Of a stretch of 53,724 nt of DNA, positions 18,148-28,874 are shown piece by piece (positions within the stretch are counted from its first letter, which is position 1; each line of letters starts with the position of its first letter). This stretch comes from Geopsychrobacteraceae bacterium (GTDB taxonomy: Bacteria > Desulfobacterota > Desulfuromonadia > Desulfuromonadales > Geopsychrobacteraceae): NCBI GenBank assembly GCA_036396915.1, contig DASWJX010000283.1, forward strand, positions 1 to 53,724. The letters run 5' to 3'. The translations under genes and the position numbers were made by a program. The notes below the pieces were generated by a model. The model was not told the DNA's origin. It searched no databases and saw only the letters and a program-made list of their open reading frames with translations.

Positions 18148-20064
18148 CTACCGGTATTGTTTCGATTCGTCTTCAATGAAGCGGATAAAATCCGCGACAG
18201 TCGTTGCGTCAAGATTCTTGCCGTCCCGGAAGCGCGGCGTCACTTGCGACTCTTCCATTTCGCGATCGCCGATAACCAGCATGTACGGTATTTTTCCGAC
18301 CTGGGCTTCACGTATCTTGAAGCCAAGCTTCTCGTTGCGCAGATCGATCTCGGCCCGAATGCCGGCGGAGCGTAACTGCCGATAGACGTCCTGTGCATAC
18401 TCCGCCTGATTGTCGGTAACGTTCAGCACCACAACCTGAACCGGTGAGATCCAGAGGGGGAAACTGCCGGCATAATGTTCGATCAGGACACCGATAAACC
18501 GCTCTATCGAACCGACGATTACCCGATGTAGCATGACCGGACGGTGCTTTTCACCGTCAGCGCCGACATAATTAAGGTCAAATCGCTCGGGCAGGGTAAA
18601 ATCGCATTGGATTGTAGCACACTGCCACTCCCTGTCAAGCGCGTCCTTGAGCTTTACATCGATCTTCGGACCGTAGAATGCGCCGTCGCCTTCATTGACC
18701 TCAAACTCCTGGCCGCTGTCCTTCAGGGCACTGAGCAGGGCAGAGGTGGCACGCTCCCAGTCCGCGTCGCTGCCGATCGACTTTTCGGGGCGGGTCGAGA
18801 GTTCCATGCAGTATTCGAAACCGAAGATACCGGCAACGTCCTGCACGAACGTCATGACGTCCTTGACCTCGGCATCGATCTGATCGGGACGGCAAATGAT
18901 ATGGGCATCGTCCTGGGTAAAGCCGCGCACCCGCAGCAGTCCGTGCAGAACGCCGGACTTCTCATGCCGATGAACGGTACCGAGCTCGAAGTAACGCAGC
19001 GGAAGATCCCGGTAGGAGCGGATCTTCGACTTGTAGATAATCATGTGCGCCAGGCAGTTCATCGGCTTGATGCCGTAACTCTGCTCGTCGACCTCCGTAA
19101 AGTACATATTTTCACGATAATTATCGTAATGTCCGGAGGTTTTCCACAACTCGGTCTTGAGGATCTGTGGACCCATGACAATGTCGTAGCCGCGGCGCAG
19201 GTGCTCCTTGCGCTCGAAATCCTCAATCAGGGTGCGCAGCAGAGCACCCTTGGGATGCCAGATCACCAGCCCTGCTCCCACCTCTTCGCTGAAAGAGAAC
19301 AGATCGAGCTCCCGTCCCAGCTTGCGGTGATCGCGCCGGCGCGCTTCCTCAAGCTTGTGCAGGTAGCTTTTGAGATCTTTGTTGTTCAGAAAGGCCGTCG
19401 CATAAAGACGCTGCAGCATGGCGTTCTTTTCATCGCCACGCCAATAGGCGCCGGCGACGCTGGTCAGCTTGAAGGATTTAATCAGACCGGTGCGCGGCAA
19501 GTGCGGCCCGCGGCAGAGATCGACAAAATCTCCCTGCCGGTAGACGGAGAGCGTCTCCTCACCCAGGTCCTCGATCAGTTCGACCTTGTACGACTCTCCC
19601 AGCTTTCGGAACAGGGCGATCGCCTGGTCGCGACTCAACTCCTCACGCACGATCGGCTGGTCCGCCTTGGCGAGTTCGGCCATCTTCTTTTCGATCGCGT
19701 CAAAATCCTCCGGCGAGAATTTTTTGCTTTCACTGTAAAAATCGTAATAAAAGCCGCTGTCGATCGCCGGGCCGATCGTCACCTGCACGGCGTCACCGTA
19801 GAGCGCCTTGACCGCCTGGGCCATCAGGTGAGCACAGGAGTGACGCAGGATCTCCAGCGCCTCCGGGGCATTCTGCGTGATCAACTCCAGCTTTCCGGAC
19901 TGTTCGAGCGGCGCATTGATATCGATCAGCTGCCCATCGAAACGCGCGGCCACCGACTGACGCGCCAGCCCCTCGCCGATGGTCAGAGCGATATCATAAG
20001 CGGTCGCGCCCGGATCGACAGCCCTTGCGGAACCGTCCGGCAATTCAATCTGAAGTTTGCTCAT
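18148..20064 (-). CDS. thrS: Threonine--tRNA ligase
   Basis: 638 aa with a TGS domain, an editing domain ([11 protein letters not shown]), a class II core and an anticodon-binding domain. Confidence 0.97.
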   Translation of the reverse strand: MSKLQIELPDGSARAVDPGATAYDIALTIGEGLARQSVAARFDGQLIDINAPLEQSGKLELITQNAPEALEILRHSCAHLMAQAVKALYGDAVQVTIGPAIDSGFYYDFYSESKKFSPEDFDAIEKKMAELAKADQPIVREELSRDQAIALFRKLGESYKVELIEDLGEETLSVYRQGDFVDLCRGPHLPRTGLIKSFKLTSVAGAYWRGDEKNAMLQRLYATAFLNNKDLKSYLHKLEEARRRDHRKLGRELDLFSFSEEVGAGLVIWHPKGALLRTLIEDFERKEHLRRGYDIVMGPQILKTELWKTSGHYDNYRENMYFTEVDEQSYGIKPMNCLAHMIIYKSKIRSYRDLPLRYFELGTVHRHEKSGVLHGLLRVRGFTQDDAHIICRPDQIDAEVKDVMTFVQDVAGIFGFEYCMELSTRPEKSIGSDADWERATSALLSALKDSGQEFEVNEGDGAFYGPKIDVKLKDALDREWQCATIQCDFTLPERFDLNYVGADGEKHRPVMLHRVIVGSIERFIGVLIEHYAGSFPLWISPVQVVVLNVTDNQAEYAQDVYRQLRSAGIRAEIDLRNEKLGFKIREAQVGKIPYMLVIGDREMEESQVTPRFRDGKNLDATTVADFIRFIEDESKQYR

Positions 20065-20139
20065 CTACTCACTCCCGAAACAAAAAGAGGCATCGTAAGA
20101 TGCCTCGCTCGTGACCAAGTGTTCCCGGTTTGCAATGGA

Positions 20140-20214
20140 TGGTAGGCACGGACGGGATTGAACCGTCGACCCCTACCGTGTCAGGGTAGTGCTCTCCCAC
20201 TGAGCTACGTGCCT
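20140..20214 (-). tRNA. tRNA-Val (anticodon GAC)
   Basis: 75 nt: AGGCACG-TA-GCTCAGTGGGAGAGC-A-CTACC-CTGACAC-GGTAG-GGGTC-GACGGTTCAATCCCGTC-CGTGCCT-A-CCA. Confidence 0.93.
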
Positions 20215-20232
20215 TCAACCAACCGGCGACAC

Positions 20233-20261
20233 TTGTAACAAATCGGCTTCTCGACTGTCAA
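20233..20261 (-). promoter_or_regulatory. Promoter for tRNA-Val(GAC)
   Basis: Minus strand has TTGACA (20261-20256), a 17-nt spacer and TTACAA (20238-20233). Confidence 0.45.
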
Positions 20262-20472
20262 GCAATTATTATTATTCCTCTCTGTTTTTTGCAGCGGACA
20301 GCGCTGCCGCGGCATTGAACTACGATCATTTTGCTTGCCACGGCGATCCTCCACCGTTAGATTTAGCCTCTACGAGGCCCTCAACATGATCGCTATGCGC
20401 CTATACTGCCGTCACGCTCGATAACGAGTTCCGCCGGATCAGACGATCCGGCCCGTGCCACGAGGAAACTCT

Positions 20473-22341
20473 GTGCAAACCATCGATCACCTAATTGCCA
20501 GCAGTTGCCGCCGCCACGGCGACCGTATCGCCCTGCAGCACAAAGCCCACGGCCGCTGGCATGATCTTTCCTATCAAGATCTCTGGAGCCAGGTAGAAAG
20601 TATTGCCTCGGCGCTGCGCGCAAACGATCTGCAGGCGGGCGAGCATGCCGCCCTGCTCGGCCCGTCATCGCCGCGCTGGGTCTGCGCCTATCTCGGCATT
20701 CTTCGCGCCGGAGCCGTCGTCGTACCGATCGACAAGGAGCTCAAAGCCGCCGAATTGCGCCATGTCCTCAGCGACTCGGACACCTCCCATGTCTTTGTCG
20801 GCGCCTCCCAACTGGACACGCTTTTGGAAATTATCGGCGACCTGCCCGAGCTGAAAAAAGTGATTCTGCTCGACGATGAGCCGCAGCCCGAAGCAGACGG
20901 CGAACAGACCGCCGAGCTCCTCGATCGACTCGCCAGTGCCTGGCGGGAGCTGACGGAGACCGTCGAAATTCCGCGGGAGAAGAAGGAACTCATCGAGCAA
21001 CTGGCGATCGAAACGCAGCGACTGCTGGCAAAACAGCCGGACCGCCAGCGCGGCAGCGAGCCGCGAACACATCATTTCCTCGCCGCCGAAGAAGCCCTGC
21101 GCAACCGATTACTGCGTGAAAAAAAATTGCTGACGTTTGACCAATTGCACTGCGCGCAGCCCTTGCCCCCGGCCGGCCACTCCCCAACCGACTGCGCGGT
21201 CATCCTCTATACCTCGGGGACCACCGGCCGCTCCAAGGGGGCCATGCTCAGCCACAACAATATCGTCAGCAATATCCGCGGCGCCTGCCGCCATTTCGAT
21301 CTGGACCAATCGATTACCACCCTCTCCTTTCTGCCGATCAACCACGTTTTCGAGCAGGTCTGCGGCGTGCTGCTGCCGATCTCGCTCGGCGGCCGGGTGG
21401 TCTTTGCCGAATCGATCAAGAAGCTCGGTGACAACCTGAGCGAGATCAAACCGACCTTCCTGCTCGGTGTTCCCGCCGTGTATCGCCTCTTCTATGATCG
21501 GATCATCAAAAACATCGAGTCCAAACCGGTGGCCCGCACCCTGTTCAGACTCCCCGTCTGCCGCCGGCTGATCCTCTCCAAAGTCCGGCAGAGCTTCGGC
21601 AGCAATACCATCTTCATCAGCGGCGGGGCCGCTCTCGACCCTGCTGTCGCCGCAGGGTTCAAAGCCCTCGGCCTGACCCTCTACCAGGGCTACGGCATTA
21701 CCGAAACCGCGCCGGTCCTGACCGCCGAAAATGCTTTGCAAAACCAACCGGGGACGGTCGGCCTGCCCCTGGATGAGGTCGAAATAAAAATCGATAAACC
21801 GAATGGAGAGGGGGTCGGAGAGATTGTCGCCAGGGGCCCGAACATCATGCTCGGCTACTATAAAAACCCGCAGGCGACCAGCGAGGTACTGGATGAGGGG
21901 TGGTACCGGACCGGCGACCTGGGACGGCTCGACGAAAGCGGGGTCTTAGCGATCCGCGGACGGGTGAAAAACCTGATTGTCACCCCCAACGGCAAGAACG
22001 TCTATCCGGAAGAGGTCGAAAACGAGCTGCTGCGCAGCCCCTACATTGCCGAAGTGATGGTTTACGGGCACAAAATCAGCGCCACGGCCGAAGAGGTCTA
22101 TGCCGCCATCTTCCCCAATGAGGAAAAAATGTTTGAATTCGAGCGGCAGCGCGGCACGGGGCCGTTGACGCCGGCCGAAGTCGAGGAGGTCATCCGCAAG
22201 GAAGTGCTGGCCGCGGGTCAAAAACTCGCGGACTACAAGCGCGTCAGGAAATTCACCCTGCGCGAAGATGAGTTCCCCAAAACCACGACCCGTAAAATCA
22301 AGCGCTACGTTGTCGAACCGCGGATTTCAACGGACCGCTGA
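20473..22341 (+). CDS. Long-chain acyl-CoA synthetase (AMP-forming, FAA1/COG1022 type)
   Basis: AMP-binding motif ILYTSGTTGRSKGAMLSH, plus YGITETAP and TGDLGRLDESG. GTG 20473 has GAGGAA 5 nt upstream. The ORF is open from 20455. Confidence 0.85.
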   Translation: MQTIDHLIASSCRRHGDRIALQHKAHGRWHDLSYQDLWSQVESIASALRANDLQAGEHAALLGPSSPRWVCAYLGILRAGAVVVPIDKELKAAELRHVLSDSDTSHVFVGASQLDTLLEIIGDLPELKKVILLDDEPQPEADGEQTAELLDRLASAWRELTETVEIPREKKELIEQLAIETQRLLAKQPDRQRGSEPRTHHFLAAEEALRNRLLREKKLLTFDQLHCAQPLPPAGHSPTDCAVILYTSGTTGRSKGAMLSHNNIVSNIRGACRHFDLDQSITTLSFLPINHVFEQVCGVLLPISLGGRVVFAESIKKLGDNLSEIKPTFLLGVPAVYRLFYDRIIKNIESKPVARTLFRLPVCRRLILSKVRQSFGSNTIFISGGAALDPAVAAGFKALGLTLYQGYGITETAPVLTAENALQNQPGTVGLPLDEVEIKIDKPNGEGVGEIVARGPNIMLGYYKNPQATSEVLDEGWYRTGDLGRLDESGVLAIRGRVKNLIVTPNGKNVYPEEVENELLRSPYIAEVMVYGHKISATAEEVYAAIFPNEEKMFEFERQRGTGPLTPAEVEEVIRKEVLAAGQKLADYKRVRKFTLREDEFPKTTTRKIKRYVVEPRISTDR

Positions 22342-22366
22342 AGCACTGCACGAAAGTCGCCCGGTC

Positions 22367-22400
22367 AAAAAAAAGGGGCCACGGTGGCGGCCCCTTTTTT
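22367..22400. terminator. Bidirectional terminator between convergent genes (acyl-CoA synthetase / hom)
   Basis: AAAAAAAAGGGGCC-acggtggc-GGCCCCTTTTTT: a GC stem flanked by an A-run and a T-run. Confidence 0.7.
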
Positions 22401-22421
22401 CAGGTATGACTTTCGTGTCTG

Positions 22422-23732
22422 TCAACCCAGATCGTTTTCCACCCGGATCAGCCGCGTCGGCTGCTGGATAATCTCCAGCTGATCGATCTCGGCCAGCGCC
22501 TTGACGATATCCGCCTCGCGCGCCTCGTGCGTCATCAGCACAATCGGCACCGCGTCCGCCGCGTGCCGTTCCGGCTGGATCATCGATTGAATACTGATAT
22601 TGTACGCTCCGAGCAGGCTGGAAATCTGCGCCAGGACGCCCGGGCGATCGAGGGTGGTAAAGCGCAGATAATAATGACTGCTGATCTCGCTCATCGGCTT
22701 AAGCGGCAGATCGGCGATCCGGTCGGCACAGTAGCCCATGATCGGCGTCCGGCAGATTGCGCCGATCGCCAGATCACGGGCGATCGAGATCACGTCTCCC
22801 ATCACGGCGCTGGCCGTCGCATCCATGCCGGCGCCGCTGCCGTAGAGCATGGCCGGTCCGAGAAAGTCCCCGGACAGCCGAACCGCATTGAACACGCCGT
22901 CAACCTCGGCGAGCTGGTAGCTCTTGGGGATCATGGTCGGATGAACCCGGACCTCGATCTGTTCCCCGTCGTTCTTGCCGATGGCCAGCAGTTTTATCTT
23001 ATAGCCCATCTGGCTGGCGAACTGGATATCCAGCGCCGAGATATTGGTCACGCCCTCGGTGTAGACCTGGGAAAAATCGACCCTGGTTCCGAAGCAGAGC
23101 GCGGACAGCAGGGCAATCTTGTGCGCCGTATCGACACCTTCGATGTCGAAAGTCGGATCGGCCTCGGCATAGCCGAGCTGCTGCGCCTCCTTGAGGACCG
23201 GGGCAAAATCCTCCCCTTCGTCGGTCATCCTGGTCAGGATGAAGTTACAGGTACCGTTGAGAATACCGAGCACGCTGCTGAAGCGGTTGGCGCACAGATT
23301 CTCCTTGATCGCCGAGACGATCGGAATGCCGCCGCCGATAGCGGCTTCGAACATCACCTCGACACCGTGCTGCTGCGCCGCCGCGAGGATCTCCTCCCCA
23401 TGAACGGCCAGCAACGCCTTGTTGGCCGTCACAATATGCTTGCCGTTGGCGATCGCTTTCAGAATAAAGGTTCTGGCCGGTTCATAACCGCCGATCAGCT
23501 CAATGACAACATCGATTTCCGGGTTGCTGATGACCTCTTCAACATCCGCGGTCAATGAGCCGGGCGGAGGGGCAATCCCGCGATCGCTGGTCGTATCGAG
23601 ATCGACAATTTTTGTCAGTTCCAGCTGCTTTCCCAGTCGTTGACTGATCAGCTCAGCATTTTTAGCAAAGACCCGAACCACACCGGTACCGATGGTACCG
23701 AAACCGAGCAGACCGACTTTAATTCTGTCCAT
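22422..23732 (-). CDS. hom: Homoserine dehydrogenase
   Basis: NAD-binding start MDRIKVGLLGFGTIGTG (ATG 23732, AGAGG 6 nt upstream), a catalytic domain and a C-terminal ACT domain. The ORF is open to 23768. Confidence 0.93.
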   Translation of the reverse strand: MDRIKVGLLGFGTIGTGVVRVFAKNAELISQRLGKQLELTKIVDLDTTSDRGIAPPPGSLTADVEEVISNPEIDVVIELIGGYEPARTFILKAIANGKHIVTANKALLAVHGEEILAAAQQHGVEVMFEAAIGGGIPIVSAIKENLCANRFSSVLGILNGTCNFILTRMTDEGEDFAPVLKEAQQLGYAEADPTFDIEGVDTAHKIALLSALCFGTRVDFSQVYTEGVTNISALDIQFASQMGYKIKLLAIGKNDGEQIEVRVHPTMIPKSYQLAEVDGVFNAVRLSGDFLGPAMLYGSGAGMDATASAVMGDVISIARDLAIGAICRTPIMGYCADRIADLPLKPMSEISSHYYLRFTTLDRPGVLAQISSLLGAYNISIQSMIQPERHAADAVPIVLMTHEAREADIVKALAEIDQLEIIQQPTRLIRVENDLG

Positions 23733-23764
23733 TTGTGACCTCTTGTTGGGAACGCCGCACCGGC

Positions 23765-24244
23765 TCACGACGCGGCGCCGGACTTGTTGCAGTTTTGGGC
23801 GATCTTGTCGAGCAGACCGTTGACAAACGATGGCGAGTCCTTGGTGCCGTAGCGTTTGGCGATCTCGATCGCTTCATTAATCGTCACCCGCCCGGGGATA
23901 TCGGGCAGGTAGAGCAGTTCATAGGTTGCGACCCGCAGAATCGACAGATCGACCGGGGCCATGCGGCCCAGCGACCAGTTTTTGGCGGCCTCCTGGATGG
24001 TTCGATCGATGACCGGCCGAAATTCGACAACCCCCGCAACCAGCATTTCGGTGAATTTGCGGGCGGCGGCCGGAACCGGCGTGTCGACAGATTCGAGCGG
24101 TTCACCGAGCACATCATCGGCAAACCGGAAGTTCTTCCAGAAATCCTCCGACAAGCGGGACGGATCGTTCCCTTGTGCAAGTCTGGAGGCAAAAAGAATT
24201 TTCAGAGCGCATTCGCGCCCGACACGCCGGTTGTTCTGACTCAT
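23765..24244 (-). CDS. nusB: Transcription antitermination factor NusB
   Basis: 159 aa; RECALKILF... and ...IEIAKRYGTKDSPSFVNGLLDKI match NusB, and the gene follows ribH as in many bacteria. Confidence 0.9.
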   Translation of the reverse strand: MSQNNRRVGRECALKILFASRLAQGNDPSRLSEDFWKNFRFADDVLGEPLESVDTPVPAAARKFTEMLVAGVVEFRPVIDRTIQEAAKNWSLGRMAPVDLSILRVATYELLYLPDIPGRVTINEAIEIAKRYGTKDSPSFVNGLLDKIAQNCNKSGAAS

Positions 24245-24249
24245 CGGTT

Positions 24250-24714
24250 TCAGATCGCTCCCAGAAGGTTGACCATCTCGATAGCACTCATGGCGGCCTC
24301 GGCGCCCTTGTTGCCCGCCTTGGTTCCCGCCCTTTCGATGGCCTGTTCGACGGTATCGGTGGTCAACACCCCGAAGGAGATGGGGATGTTCGACTCCAGT
24401 GAAACGGCGGCGATCCCCTTGGTCACTTCGGAGCTGACATATTCAAAATGCGGCGTCCCGCCGCGGATCACCGCGCCGAGGCAGATCACTGCGTCATACT
24501 TGCCGCTTTCGGCCAGTTTCTTGGCCACCAGAGGGATCTCGAAGGCTCCGGGGACCCGGACCACCGTCAGCTGCGTGTCCGCGGCGCCGTGACGAACCAG
24601 CGTATCGACAGCGCCCTCCAGCAGCCGTTCACAGATAAAACTGTTGAAACGGCTGACGATAATACCAAATTTAAAGCCTTTGGCATCAAGCTGTCCTTCA
24701 ATAATTTCGGGCAT
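24250..24714 (-). CDS. ribH: 6,7-dimethyl-8-ribityllumazine synthase
   Basis: Contains [12 protein letters not shown]..., VPGAFEIP and [21 protein letters not shown] 24714 has GGAGGAG upstream. Confidence 0.95.
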   Translation of the reverse strand: MPEIIEGQLDAKGFKFGIIVSRFNSFICERLLEGAVDTLVRHGAADTQLTVVRVPGAFEIPLVAKKLAESGKYDAVICLGAVIRGGTPHFEYVSSEVTKGIAAVSLESNIPISFGVLTTDTVEQAIERAGTKAGNKGAEAAMSAIEMVNLLGAI

Positions 24715-24779
24715 GTTCTCCTCCGGGCTATGCAAACATTGGATCGTTGACGACCTTCTGCGAAACCGTTGCCTTGCAG

Positions 24780-25985
24780 CTACAGATTTTCCAGCAGGTG
24801 ACCCAGCTTTTCGCGCTTGGTCTTGAGATAATTGATGTTGCCGCCGTGCGCCTCCATCTCGATCGGCACCCGCTCGACGATCTCCAGCCCGTAGCCTTCA
24901 AGTCCGACGATCTTCTTCGGATTGTTGGTCAGCAGCCGGATCTTGCGCAGCCCCAGATCGGCAAGCATCTGGGCGCCGATACCGTAATCGCGCAGATCGG
25001 CGTTAAAGCCGAGAACTTCGTTGGCCTCGACGGTGTCGTGCCCCTGATCCTGCAGCGCGTAGGCCTTCAGCTTGTTGACCAGTCCGATACCGCGCCCTTC
25101 CTGGCGCATATAGAGGATCACTCCGCACCCCTCCCTGGTCACCAGTTCCATGGCGGCGTGCAGCTGATCCCCGCAGTCGCAACGCATCGAGCCGAAGACG
25201 TCGCCGGTCAGGCACTCGGAATGGACCCGCACCAGGGTCGGCTGCCCGGGGCTCGGTTCCCCCTTGATCAGCGCCATATGCTGGGCAGCATCGACATCAT
25301 TCTCGTAGACCACGACCTTGAATTCCCCACCGAACGGGGTCGGCAGGACGGTTTCCGCGGCCCGATGCACCAGCAGTTCCTTGCGCATCCGATAGGCCAC
25401 CAGGTCGGCAATGGTGACGATCTTCAGATCGTGCTGTTTGGCAAATTTCTTCAGCTCAGGCATCCGGGACATGGTGCCGTCTTCGTTCATGATTTCACAG
25501 ATCACCCCGGCGGGTTTCAGCCCCGCCAGCCGGGCCAGGTCAACCGAGCCTTCGGTCTGCCCGGCGCGCACCATGACCCCGCCCTTCTTGGCGCGCAGCG
25601 GAAACACATGACCCGGCCTGGCCAGGTCGCGAGCGGTCGACTCGTCGGCAACCGCGACCTGAATGGTCCTGGCCCGGTCGGCGGCCGAAATCCCGGTGGT
25701 GACGCCAGTGCGCGCCTCGATCGAGACGGTAAATGCGGTGCCGAAAGAGGAACTGTTGTCACTGACCATCAGCGGCAGGTTGAGGTGATCGGCGCGCTCC
25801 TCGGTCAGCGTCAGGCAGATCAGGCCACGACCCTCGCGGGCCATGAAGTTGACCCCTTCCGCCGTGACCAGCTCCGCGGCCATGACCAGATCGCCTTCAT
25901 TTTCGCGATCCTCATCGTCGCACAGGATCACCATCTTTCCGGCACGGATATCTTCAAGGGCGGCTTCAATCTTGGCAATCGGCAT
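24780..25985 (-). CDS. ribBA: Bifunctional 3,4-dihydroxy-2-butanone-4-phosphate synthase / GTP cyclohydrolase II
   Basis: DHBP synthase motif [12 protein letters not shown] and a GTP cyclohydrolase II part ([28 protein letters not shown]). Confidence 0.95.
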   Translation of the reverse strand: MPIAKIEAALEDIRAGKMVILCDDEDRENEGDLVMAAELVTAEGVNFMAREGRGLICLTLTEERADHLNLPLMVSDNSSSFGTAFTVSIEARTGVTTGISAADRARTIQVAVADESTARDLARPGHVFPLRAKKGGVMVRAGQTEGSVDLARLAGLKPAGVICEIMNEDGTMSRMPELKKFAKQHDLKIVTIADLVAYRMRKELLVHRAAETVLPTPFGGEFKVVVYENDVDAAQHMALIKGEPSPGQPTLVRVHSECLTGDVFGSMRCDCGDQLHAAMELVTREGCGVILYMRQEGRGIGLVNKLKAYALQDQGHDTVEANEVLGFNADLRDYGIGAQMLADLGLRKIRLLTNNPKKIVGLEGYGLEIVERVPIEMEAHGGNINYLKTKREKLGHLLENL

Positions 25986-26051
25986 TTCTGATCCTTTTCG
26001 ATAAGGCATAACGCCCTATTTCCGGGCGGTTAAATTGAGCCGAAAACTATC

Positions 26052-26702
26052 TCACATAAACCCGTTTTTGGCAAGAAACTCAAGACTCAATCCGCTCCCG
26101 GCCGGGGCAGCGGCGGAGTTTCGCAACAAGCGCTCGACATAGCGGCCGAGCAGGTCGGTTTCTATATTGACCCGGTCGCCGATTTTTCGCTCCCGCAGCG
26201 TGGTCATTGCAAGCGAATGGGGAATAACGGCGATGGAAAAACCGTCAGCGCTGACGGCATTGACCGTCAGGCTGACGCCGTCGACGGCGACGGAGCCTTT
26301 TTCGACCAGATAGCGCAGGGCCGACTCCGGCACGGTAAATTCAAAACGGACCGCATTGTGATCCTGAAAGCGCCGGCAAACCAGCGCGATGCCATCGACA
26401 TGCCCGCTGACCAGATGACCGCCCAGGCGATCGCTGAGCCGCAACGCCCGCTCCAGGTTGACCGCCGTTCCCGGCTGCAATCCGCCCAAAGTGGTAGCGG
26501 CTAGCGATTCCGGTGACACGTCCGCCGCAAAGTTCGCGCGGTCCCACTCGGTAACCGTCAGGCAGATCCCGTTGACCGCGATACTTTCACCCAGCTGCAG
26601 TTGTTCCCCGGCCAGCTTGCTGGCAATGGTCAGCCTGGCCGCCGCGCCGCGCCGTTCGATGCGGCGAATCGTTCCTACGTCCTGAATCAGTCCGGTAAAC
26701 AT
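26052..26702 (-). CDS. ribE: Riboflavin synthase (alpha chain)
   Basis: MFTGLIQDVGTI start at ATG 26702 with duplicated lumazine-binding repeats. It overlaps the ribD 3' end by 16 nt. The ORF is open to 26792. Confidence 0.92.
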   Translation of the reverse strand: MFTGLIQDVGTIRRIERRGAAARLTIASKLAGEQLQLGESIAVNGICLTVTEWDRANFAADVSPESLAATTLGGLQPGTAVNLERALRLSDRLGGHLVSGHVDGIALVCRRFQDHNAVRFEFTVPESALRYLVEKGSVAVDGVSLTVNAVSADGFSIAVIPHSLAMTTLRERKIGDRVNIETDLLGRYVERLLRNSAAAPAGSGLSLEFLAKNGFM

Positions 26703-27802
26703 CTGACAACCTCTCCGCAGATCAGAATATCGTCGTCGAAGCGCTGCAAACGGAGATCCTCCAGCGCCGGCGCATCGACCAGACGGGCACAACCCGCCCC
26801 CCTGAAAATACCGTAATCACTGGTTCCTCCGATCAGTTTCGGGGCAACGAAAACCATCATCCGGTCGATCAGACCGCTCTGCAGGGCGGCGGCGGCCAGG
26901 GTTGCCCCCCCTTCCAGCAGCAGGGTCTGCACCTGTCGCCGGCCGAGCTCCTTCCAGAGCTCCGGCAACGACACCCGTCCCGCCAGATCCGGCAGGACCA
27001 GCAGCTCCGCACCGGCCGTCTCAAGCCGCCGGCGGGCCGCGCTGTCGGCGGCTGCGGCCGTGGTAGCGATCAGGGTTGCCGCCGCCGATGCCTGGTGCAG
27101 CATTGCCGCGGAGTCCGGCATGCGTAGACGACTGTCGACAATCACCCGGAGCGGATCCCGGCCGCCTTCCGGAAGGCGGGTCGTCAACAGCGGATCATCG
27201 TGCAGCACCGTCTCGATACCGACCATGATCGCTTCGACCCGATTGCGCAGCCGATGGACCTCCCTGCGACTGCTGTCGGCGGAGATCCAGCGTGAATCGC
27301 CAGCGGCGGTGGCGGTTTTCCCGTCCAGAGTCATCGCGGTTTTATACACCGTATAGGGCATTCCGCTCAGGATATGGCGGGCAAAGGGGGCGATCAGACG
27401 CCGGCATTCCGCTGCCAGCACACCGCTGACGACCTCGATGCCGGCCGCGCGCAGCAGCGCCAGGCCCCGCCCGGCGACCTGCGGATTCGGATCCTGGACG
27501 CCGACGAAAACCCGCCCGATTCCGGCGGCGATCGCGGCCTCGGCGCAGGGACCGGTCCGCCCCTGATGGGAGCAGGGTTCCAGGGTGACGTACAGATCGC
27601 TGCCGCGCGCAGCTTCACCCGCCTGGCGCAGGGCAAAGGTTTCCGCATGCGGCGATCCGGCCGCGGGGTGAAAACCCTCGCCGACGACCTGGCCGTTTCT
27701 GACGATCAGTGCCCCGACCGGCGGATTGGGAGCCGTGCGCCCCTCTGCCCGCCGCGCCAGCTCCAGGGCCCGTGACATATAGTATTCGCTGCTATCCGGC
27801 AT
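26687..27802 (-). CDS. ribD: Bifunctional diaminohydroxyphosphoribosylaminopyrimidine deaminase / 5-amino-6-(5-phosphoribosylamino)uracil reductase
   Basis: Deaminase motif HAE...PCxxxGRTGPC plus a C-terminal reductase domain. Confidence 0.93.
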   Translation of the reverse strand: MPDSSEYYMSRALELARRAEGRTAPNPPVGALIVRNGQVVGEGFHPAAGSPHAETFALRQAGEAARGSDLYVTLEPCSHQGRTGPCAEAAIAAGIGRVFVGVQDPNPQVAGRGLALLRAAGIEVVSGVLAAECRRLIAPFARHILSGMPYTVYKTAMTLDGKTATAAGDSRWISADSSRREVHRLRNRVEAIMVGIETVLHDDPLLTTRLPEGGRDPLRVIVDSRLRMPDSAAMLHQASAAATLIATTAAAADSAARRRLETAGAELLVLPDLAGRVSLPELWKELGRRQVQTLLLEGGATLAAAALQSGLIDRMMVFVAPKLIGGTSDYGIFRGAGCARLVDAPALEDLRLQRFDDDILICGEVVRCLPD

Positions 27803-27891
27803 GTCCGTCCATCAATCGATCAAAAGATGTTCAATCCCCCACTGACCGCTCCACCATAGGCAAACAGCGCCAAGATTGCAACCGGGCTGAA

Positions 27892-27932
27892 GCGACGACA
27901 GCCGGGGCGCAAGGCACCCCGGCTGTCGTCGC
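27892..27932 (-). other. Perfect 16-bp GC-rich stem-loop between nrdR and ribD
   Basis: GCGACGACAGCCGGGG-(9 nt)-CCCCGGCTGTCGTCGC. There is no U-tract on either strand. Confidence 0.6.
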
Positions 27933-27954
27933 AACGCTGAGACGACGGGCTGCG

Positions 27955-28422
27955 TCAGCGGTTGGAATTTTTCAGCAGATCGGTCAATTCGGACATGAAT
28001 TCATTGATATCCTTGAACTGCCGATAGACCGAGGCAAAGCGGACATACGCCACTTCATCGGCCTGATGAAGGGCGTCCATCACCGCCTTGCCGATCTGGC
28101 TGGACTCGATCTCTTTTTCGCCCTGTTCCTGAAATGACCGCTCCAGCTGATCGACCATCGCTTCGATCTGTTCGATGGAAACCGGTCGTTTTTCACAGGC
28201 CCGCTGCATGCCCGAGATGATCTTGGAGCGGTCGAAGGCTTCGCGGCGGCCGTCCTTCTTGATCACCCAGGGCAGGATTTCCTCCACCCGCTCGTAGGTG
28301 GTGAAACGTCGCTCACAGGCCGGACATTCACGCCGACGGCGCACGTTATTGCCCTCCTTGCCGAGGCGCGAATCGACCACGCGGGTATCATCGTGAGCGC
28401 AAAAAGGACAATTCATTCGCAT
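27955..28422 (-). CDS. nrdR: Transcriptional repressor NrdR
   Basis: MNCPFC...[13 protein letters not shown] zinc ribbon plus an ATP-cone. Confidence 0.95.
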   Translation of the reverse strand: MRMNCPFCAHDDTRVVDSRLGKEGNNVRRRRECPACERRFTTYERVEEILPWVIKKDGRREAFDRSKIISGMQRACEKRPVSIEQIEAMVDQLERSFQEQGEKEIESSQIGKAVMDALHQADEVAYVRFASVYRQFKDINEFMSELTDLLKNSNR

Positions 28423-28865
28423 TCCCCCGCGAACTCGGTCAGGGCCACTCCGGCCTCGGCCATCATTTCCAGCGAAAGCTGATCGGGATAGCCGCGGCAG
28501 AAGGTCACCTTGCGCACGCCGGCATTGATCAGCATCTTCGAGCAGATAATACAGGGGGAATCGGTACAGTAAAGGGTGGCGTCATCGATATTCACGCCAT
28601 GCTTGGCCGCCTGGATTATGGCATTCTGCTCGGCATGCAAGCCGCGGCAGAGTTCGTGGCGCTCCCCGGAAGGAACCTGCAACTGCTCGCGCAGGCACCC
28701 GACCTCTGCACAGTGCCGGATGCCGCTCGGCACGCCGTTATAACCGGTCGCCAGGATATTTCTGTCCTTGACCAGGACCGCCCCGACCTGGCGGCGCATA
28801 CAGGTCGAACGGCTGGCGACCAGCTTGGCGATCTGCATGAAATATTCGTCCCAGGACGGCCGCAC
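28413..28865 (-). CDS. dCMP deaminase (ComEB family)
   Basis: 150 aa with HAEQNAI and [14 protein letters not shown] zinc-binding motifs. Confidence 0.88.
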   Translation of the reverse strand: MRPSWDEYFMQIAKLVASRSTCMRRQVGAVLVKDRNILATGYNGVPSGIRHCAEVGCLREQLQVPSGERHELCRGLHAEQNAIIQAAKHGVNIDDATLYCTDSPCIICSKMLINAGVRKVTFCRGYPDQLSLEMMAEAGVALTEFAGECE

Positions 28866-28874
28866 GACGCCCCC

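Noticed and set aside
20393-20668. 91-aa minus-strand ORF overlapping the 5' end of the acyl-CoA synthetase gene.
   Set aside because: It is an antisense shadow frame, Arg/Gly/Ala-rich, with no motifs.
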